UHGV virus genome: UHGV-0157652
DNA length: 10,326 bases
Source: a virus
Reading direction: 5' to 3' (one strand)
Below, piece by piece: positions 6,482 through 10,326 of the stretch. The notes below the pieces were generated by a model, which was not told where the DNA came from, did not search any database, and saw nothing but the letters and a program-made list of their open reading frames with translations. Position numbers and translations under genes: made by a program. Each line of letters opens with the position of its first letter. Position 1 is the first letter of the stretch.

Positions 6482-7234
6482 ATGAACCTTGAAGCCTTAC
6501 CGAAATATTACTCCCCAAAATCTCCAAAATTGAGCGATGACGCACCGGCGACAGGCTCTGGTGGTTTAACAATTACGGATGTAATGGCTGCGCAGGGGAT
6601 GGTGCAGTCGAAAGCACCGCTTGGGTTTGCCTTATTCCTGGCAAAAGTTGGTGTTCAGGATCCTCAGTTTGCGATTGAAGGTCTGCTCAATTACGCGATG
6701 GCACTGGATAACCCGACATTGAACAAATTGAGTGAAGAAACCCGGCTACAGATCATTCCTTACCTTGTGAATTTTGCCTTTGCTGATTATTCCAGGTCTG
6801 CGGCAAGTAAGGCTCGCTGTGAGCATTGTGCTGGTACTGGATTTCATAATGTATTGCGCGAAGTGGTGAAACACTCCAGAAGCGGGGAATCTGTTATCAA
6901 GGAAGAGTGGGTAAAGGAACTGTGTCAGCATTGCCATGGTAAGGGAGAAGTCAGCACAGCGTGCAGAGGGTGTAAGGGTAAAGGGATTGTTCTGGATGAA
7001 AAAAGAACCCGGTTTCATGGCGTACCGGTATATAAGATTTGTGGGCGTTGTAATGGAAACCGGTTTAGTCGTTTACCGACCACGCTGGCACGACGTCATG
7101 TCCAGAAGCTGGTACCAGACCTGACCGATTATCAGTGGTATAAGGGGTATGCGGACGTCATTGATAAACTGGTAACAAAGTGCTGGCAGGAAGAAGCATA
7201 TGCTGAGATGCAATTAAGAAAAGTGACGAGATAA
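6482..7234 (+). CDS. Q: Late-gene antiterminator Q (lambda-Q family)
   Basis: ATG 6482 with SD GGAG 7 nt upstream (an in-frame ATG at 6452 overlaps the previous gene). N-terminus YYSPKSPKLSDDAPATGSGGLTITDVMAAQGM parallels lambda Q (FHSPKSPMMSDSP ... GTDVMAAMGM, from memory); contains Cys-rich zinc-finger segments (CEHCAGTG, CQHCHGKG, CRGCKGKG, CGRCNG). Confidence 0.85.
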   Translation: MNLEALPKYYSPKSPKLSDDAPATGSGGLTITDVMAAQGMVQSKAPLGFALFLAKVGVQDPQFAIEGLLNYAMALDNPTLNKLSEETRLQIIPYLVNFAFADYSRSAASKARCEHCAGTGFHNVLREVVKHSRSGESVIKEEWVKELCQHCHGKGEVSTACRGCKGKGIVLDEKRTRFHGVPVYKICGRCNGNRFSRLPTTLARRHVQKLVPDLTDYQWYKGYADVIDKLVTKCWQEEAYAEMQLRKVTR

Positions 7235-7265
7235 ATGATTTTCGCCGAAGATGGCGACATAATTC

Positions 7266-7306
7266 TTGCATTTTTCAAAAAATATGGATAAGATTTTCCC
7301 AACGAT
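7266..7306 (+). promoter_or_regulatory. Late promoter PR' with promoter-proximal pause element
   Basis: -35 TTGCAT (7266-7271), 17-bp spacer, -10 TAAGAT (7289-7294), then 6 nt and AACGATGGG (7301-7309). Lambda PR' has the same -10-like pause element AACGAT at +1 to +6 followed by ATGGG (from memory). Located directly after Q. Confidence 0.6.
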
Positions 7307-7341
7307 GGGCTTTGTATGTCTACCGTTGATAAGATTTAAGA

Positions 7342-7365
7342 ACCCGCCGCTGAGCGGGTTTTTTT
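7342..7365 (+). terminator. Rho-independent terminator (tR'-like) ending a short PR' leader transcript of about 65 nt
   Basis: Stem ACCCGC (7342-7347) / GCGGGT (7354-7359) with a 6-nt loop, followed by a run of seven T (7359-7365). Confidence 0.75.
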
Positions 7366-7484
7366 GTGCCTTGATGTTGGCAGTACGGTAAACACGCTGG
7401 TGGTCGTGAATACTGACTTTTTATCTTGCTGGCTTTTTAGACAAGAGTTATTGGTATGTCATGTTAACCAGAAGGAAAAAAGAC

Positions 7485-7679
7485 ATGCTAAAACAGCTAG
7501 ATATGACAGAAACGGCGAAAGTTGTTTTTAATGAATTAAGCGTCGAACCGGCAACAGTCGGGGAGATAGCACAAAACACATACCTTTCACGCGAACGCTG
7601 TCAGTTAATACTGACCCAGCTGGTTATGGCGGGGCTGGCAGATTACCAGTTCGGCTGTTACAGACGCCTTCAGCAATGA
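7485..7679 (+). CDS. Small HTH/winged-helix-like protein (64 aa), possible regulator, inserted in the late leader
   Basis: SD GAAGGA (7471-7476) 8 nt before ATG 7485 (in-frame upstream ATG at 7461 lacks an SD). Segment ATVGEIAQNTYLSRERCQLILTQLVMAGLA looks like a helix-turn-helix. Confidence 0.5.
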   Translation: MLKQLDMTETAKVVFNELSVEPATVGEIAQNTYLSRERCQLILTQLVMAGLADYQFGCYRRLQQ

Positions 7680-7828
7680 AGGGCTTTTAATTTGTGAAAA
7701 TGGGCGGCTGGTGGGTGTTGGTAGCACCTGCCAGCCATTCGCTCATGCTTACTGGTCACAAGCGAACCATGGCCCACTGCTTTAGCGCAAAAGCAGAGTG
7801 AGCCTACCAGAGTTACGCTTACTGATCC

Positions 7829-8881
7829 ATGAAAAATACTGTAAAAATAAACAGTGTTGATTTAATCAACGCTGATTGCCTGCATTTTATTCAGTCCCTG
7901 CCTGATGATTCCATTGACCTGATAGTTACCGATCCGCCGTACTTCAAAGTGAAGCCCAACGGTTGGGACAATCAGTGGAAAGGGGACGAAGATTACCTTA
8001 AGTGGCTGGACCACTGTCTGGCTCAGTTCTGGCGGGTGCTGAAACCTGCCGGAAGCCTTTACCTGTTCTGTGGACATCGCCTGGCATCTGATATCGAGAT
8101 CATGATGCGTGAACGTTTCAACGTGCTTAACCATATCATCTGGGCGAAGCCGTCCGGACGATGGAACGGGTGTAATAAAGAAAGCCTGCGGGCATATTTC
8201 CCCGCTACAGAGCGCGTTCTGTTTGCTGAACATTACCAGGGGCCATATCGCGGCAAAAGTGACGGCTATGCGGAAAAAGAAAGGGAACTCAAACAGCACA
8301 TAATGGCACCGCTGATATCGTATTTCAGGGATGCACGTGCCGAACTGGGTATAACGGCAAAACAGATTGCCGAAGCCACTGGTAAGAAAAACATGGTTTC
8401 CCACTGGTTTGGTGCCAGTCAGTGGCAGTTGCCGAATGAGGCTGACTACCGGAAGTTGCAGGCACTGTTTTCCCGTATAGCGGCAGAGAAGTTTCAGGAA
8501 CAACAACTGGAACAGACACACCACCAGCTGGTGGCATCTTATGATTCACTGAATCGCAAATATTCTGAATTGCTGGATGAGTTTAAATCTCTCCGGCGCT
8601 ATTTCTCCGTATCAGTCTCCGTGCCTTATACCGATGTCTGGACGCATAAACCCGTTCAGTTCTACCCGGGTAAACATCCGTGTGAGAAACCGGCGGATAT
8701 GCTCCGGCAAATAATCAATGCCAGTAGTCGACCAGGTGATCTGGTTGCTGATTTTTTTATGGGATCTGGTTCCACAATAAAAGCAGCAATGGAGCTGGGG
8801 CGTCGGGCGTTAGGTGTTGAGCTTGAGTCAGATCGGTTTAACCAGACGGTGAAAGAGGTAAGTGAACTGGTGGGGAAATAA
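7829..8881 (+). CDS. Orphan beta-class DNA methyltransferase (N6-adenine/N4-cytosine family; DPPY suggests N6-adenine)
   Basis: 350 aa. Motif IV DPPY near the N-terminus (DLIVTDPPYF) and motif I FxGxG near the C-terminus (VADFFMGSGST) give the IV-before-I order of beta-class amino-methyltransferases. Central region with an HTH-like segment could be the target-recognition domain. No endonuclease partner nearby. No recognisable SD before ATG 7829. Confidence 0.85.
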   Translation: MKNTVKINSVDLINADCLHFIQSLPDDSIDLIVTDPPYFKVKPNGWDNQWKGDEDYLKWLDHCLAQFWRVLKPAGSLYLFCGHRLASDIEIMMRERFNVLNHIIWAKPSGRWNGCNKESLRAYFPATERVLFAEHYQGPYRGKSDGYAEKERELKQHIMAPLISYFRDARAELGITAKQIAEATGKKNMVSHWFGASQWQLPNEADYRKLQALFSRIAAEKFQEQQLEQTHHQLVASYDSLNRKYSELLDEFKSLRRYFSVSVSVPYTDVWTHKPVQFYPGKHPCEKPADMLRQIINASSRPGDLVADFFMGSGSTIKAAMELGRRALGVELESDRFNQTVKEVSELVGK

Positions 8882-8888
8882 TTCTGGT

Positions 8889-8913
8889 GGCCACGTTGCG
8901 TGGCCTTTTTATT
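8889..8913 (+). terminator. Rho-independent terminator downstream of the methyltransferase
   Basis: Stem GGCCACG (8889-8895) / CGTGGCC (8899-8905) with loop TTG, followed by TTTTTATTT (8906-8914). Confidence 0.7.
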
Positions 8914-8958
8914 TCCAACACAGCACCCGCAAATAATCGCGAGGTGAGAGATGACGAA

Positions 8959-9294
8959 ATGCCTCATAACCCAAATACCTGGCCGGACTGGCTGGAGTTG
9001 TTCCAGAGCTGGTGGCGTGGAGATACGCCGCTGGGCGCAGTGATTATGTCGATTGTTATGGCTGGTTTGCGTATTGCCTATTTTGGTGGTGGTGGCGGCT
9101 GGAAACGAAAAACACTCGAAATTTTGCTCTGTGGCGCTCTGACGCTGACCTTTGCATCCGCGCTTGAGTATGTCGGATGGCCTAAATCGCTTTCTGTTGC
9201 CATTGGTGGTGGGGTGGGGCTGATCGGGGTCGATGCAATTCGTGGGGCTGCAATGAGAGTAATCGGTAACAAGTTTGGTGGCTCTAAGGAGTAA
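8959..9294 (+). CDS. S: Holin (lambda S-like, multi-TMD)
   Basis: 111 aa from ATG 8959 (SD GAGGTGAGAG 8941-8950); the ORF-track start at 8887 lies inside the upstream terminator. Hydrophobic segments GAVIMSIVMAGLRIAYF, ILLCGALTLTFASAL and VAIGGGVGLIGV with a charged C-terminus; overall layout parallels lambda S. Sits immediately upstream of the endolysin. Confidence 0.8.
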   Translation: MPHNPNTWPDWLELFQSWWRGDTPLGAVIMSIVMAGLRIAYFGGGGGWKRKTLEILLCGALTLTFASALEYVGWPKSLSVAIGGGVGLIGVDAIRGAAMRVIGNKFGGSKE

Positions 9295-9297
9295 TTT

Positions 9298-9774
9298 ATG
9301 CAGGTACTAAATTCCCAGCGTAAAGCTTTCCTCGATATGGTGGCATGGTCAGAAGGAACGGATAATGGACGGCAACCGACATGTAACCACGGTTATGACG
9401 TTATTGTCGGTGGTGAACTCTTCACTGATTACTCCGACCACCCTCGCAAACTTGTCACGCTAAACCCAAAACTTAAATCAACGGCTGCTGGACGCTACCA
9501 GATTCTTTCCCGATGGTGGGATGCTTACCGTAAACAGCTTGGTCTGAAAGACTTCTCCCCCAAAAGCCAGGACGCAGTGGCATTGCAGCAGATTAAAGAG
9601 CGTGGCGCTTTACCGATGATTGATCGCGGTGATATCCGTCAGGCTATCGATCGTTGCAGCAATATCTGGGCTTCACTGCCGGGCGCAGGTTACGGTCAGT
9701 ATGAACATAAAATCGGTGACCTGATTGCCCGATTTAAAGAGGCTGGTGGGGTGGTAAATGAAGTTGAGTTATAA
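9298..9774 (+). CDS. R: Endolysin, lambda R-type lytic transglycosylase
   Basis: 158 aa. Near-colinear with lambda R as recalled (QRKAFLDM-AWSEGTDNGRQ ... HGYDVIVGGELFTDYSDHPRKLVTLNPKLKST ... RYQ-LSRWWDAYRKQLGLKDFSPKSQDAVALQQIKERGALPMIDRGDIRQAIDRCSNIWASLPGAGYGQ), including the catalytic Glu in WSEGTD. SD AAGGAG upstream. Confidence 0.95.
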   Translation: MQVLNSQRKAFLDMVAWSEGTDNGRQPTCNHGYDVIVGGELFTDYSDHPRKLVTLNPKLKSTAAGRYQILSRWWDAYRKQLGLKDFSPKSQDAVALQQIKERGALPMIDRGDIRQAIDRCSNIWASLPGAGYGQYEHKIGDLIARFKEAGGVVNEVEL

Positions 9775-10150
9775 GCTGATTATCGCTGCTTTTTTCGTTA
9801 CTGCCATTGGTTCTTTCATCTGGTCAGCCAACTACTACTACAGCAAATATCAGTACGAAAAGAAACGTGCTGATGAGGCTGTACAAAATGCTGAATCAGC
9901 AACTGCCATTACCAATAACGTCCTGCAATCAATGCAAATCGTCAATACAGTTTTGGAGGCTAACCAGCATGCAAAACAGCAGATCGCACTGGAGTCACAG
10001 AGAACCCAGGAAGATATCAAAGTGGCTGTTGCGGATGATGATTGCGCTTCACGCCCTGTGCCTGATGTCGCTGCTGACCGGTTGCGGAAGTACGCGGACA
10101 GTATACGTGCAGGTTCCAACGATACCGTTACCGGCGAACCTGCTCGCTGA
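9758..10150 (+). CDS. Rz: Rz-like i-spanin (inner-membrane spanin subunit)
   Basis: 130 aa. N-terminal TMD (LIIAAFFVTAIGSFIW) followed by a charged, Gln/Ala-rich coiled-coil-like periplasmic domain. Starts 17 nt inside the 3' end of R; located where Rz lies in lambdoid lysis cassettes. Confidence 0.8.
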   Translation: MKLSYKLIIAAFFVTAIGSFIWSANYYYSKYQYEKKRADEAVQNAESATAITNNVLQSMQIVNTVLEANQHAKQQIALESQRTQEDIKVAVADDDCASRPVPDVAADRLRKYADSIRAGSNDTVTGEPAR

Positions 10151-10313
10151 AACTCCACAGCCAGTTATACCCAATCCTCTGACTTATGGGGATAGTCTTA
10201 GTTTGAATGTAAGTCTGCTATCAGCACTGGGGCTATGTAACCGTGATAAGTCTGATCTTCGTAGGTTAGGAGAGCAAAAGTACAATCTGCATTTGAATAA
10301 TAATATTCATTAG
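10035..10313 (+). CDS. Rz1: Rz1-like o-spanin lipoprotein (overlapped, not fully embedded, in a different frame from Rz)
   Basis: Tandem ATG ATG at 10035-10040; signal peptide with lipobox MMIALHALCLMSLLTGC, then a Pro-rich segment (VPTIPLPANLLAETPQPVIPNPL). Starts inside Rz and ends 163 nt past the Rz stop. At 92 aa it is long for an Rz1, so the true C-terminus is uncertain. Confidence 0.55.
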   Translation: MMIALHALCLMSLLTGCGSTRTVYVQVPTIPLPANLLAETPQPVIPNPLTYGDSLSLNVSLLSALGLCNRDKSDLRRLGEQKYNLHLNNNIH

Positions 10314-10326
10314 GTGAAATATTTTT

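Larger units (their letters stand above)
1..10326. mobile_element. Lambdoid prophage segment (immunity, replication, nin-like region, Q/late promoter, lysis cassette); both boundaries lie outside the window
   Basis: Canonical lambdoid gene order and content: divergent repressor/cro pair, O-like initiator with internal iterons, rusA/KilA-N/DUF968 accessory genes, lambda-type Q followed by PR' and terminator, then holin-endolysin-Rz/Rz1. All rightward genes are tightly packed, several with ATGA/TAATG start-stop overlaps. Confidence 0.85.

Noticed and set aside
7235-7828. tRNA genes between Q and the lysis cassette, as found in some Stx phages
   Set aside because: I looked for cloverleaf hallmarks (T-loop GGTTCGAATCC-like motif, 3' CCA with acceptor-stem pairing) and found none. 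The only structured elements are the tR'-like terminator and a weak 6-bp hairpin near 7706-7736.
7862-8524. 220-aa ORF on the minus strand
   Set aside because: Antisense to the beta-class methyltransferase, which has clear catalytic motifs on the plus strand; judged a shadow ORF.
7829-8881. Complete restriction-modification system (methyltransferase plus endonuclease)
   Set aside because: No candidate endonuclease ORF flanks either methyltransferase; neighbours are a small HTH protein and a terminator/holin on one side, and PerC-like and LexA-DBD genes for the other. Both are called orphan methyltransferases.
9807-10034. N-terminal 76 codons of the long ORF that contains Rz1
   Set aside because: This part lies inside Rz in another frame and has no signal peptide. 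The lipobox-bearing signal sequence starts at the tandem ATGs at 10035, so the upstream part is treated as non-coding in that frame.

Overview
This window reads as one contiguous segment of a lambdoid (lambda-like) temperate prophage from an enterobacterial host, with both ends running off the window. Left to right: a leftward CI-type SOS-cleavable repressor (36-662), a divergent operator/promoter spacer, a Cro-like gene, a CII-like regulator, an unresolved small-gene region (1546-1904), an O-like replication initiator with in-gene iteron repeats, a nin-like accessory block (PerC-like regulator, Dam-type methyltransferase, LexA-DBD protein, disrupted rusA, KilA-N protein, DUF968 protein), a lambda-type Q antiterminator with PR'/tR', a two-gene insertion in the late leader (small HTH protein plus an orphan beta-class DNA methyltransferase), and the lysis cassette (holin, lambda-R-like endolysin, Rz/Rz1). 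I found no complete, obviously novel multi-gene system. The most unusual points are the two orphan methyltransferases (one sitting in the late-leader slot where Stx phages carry toxin genes), the PerC-like regulator in the slot where lambda has P, the disrupted rusA, and the frame ambiguity at 1546-1904. All family assignments come from reading the translations and recalling known proteins and motifs; no database search was run.
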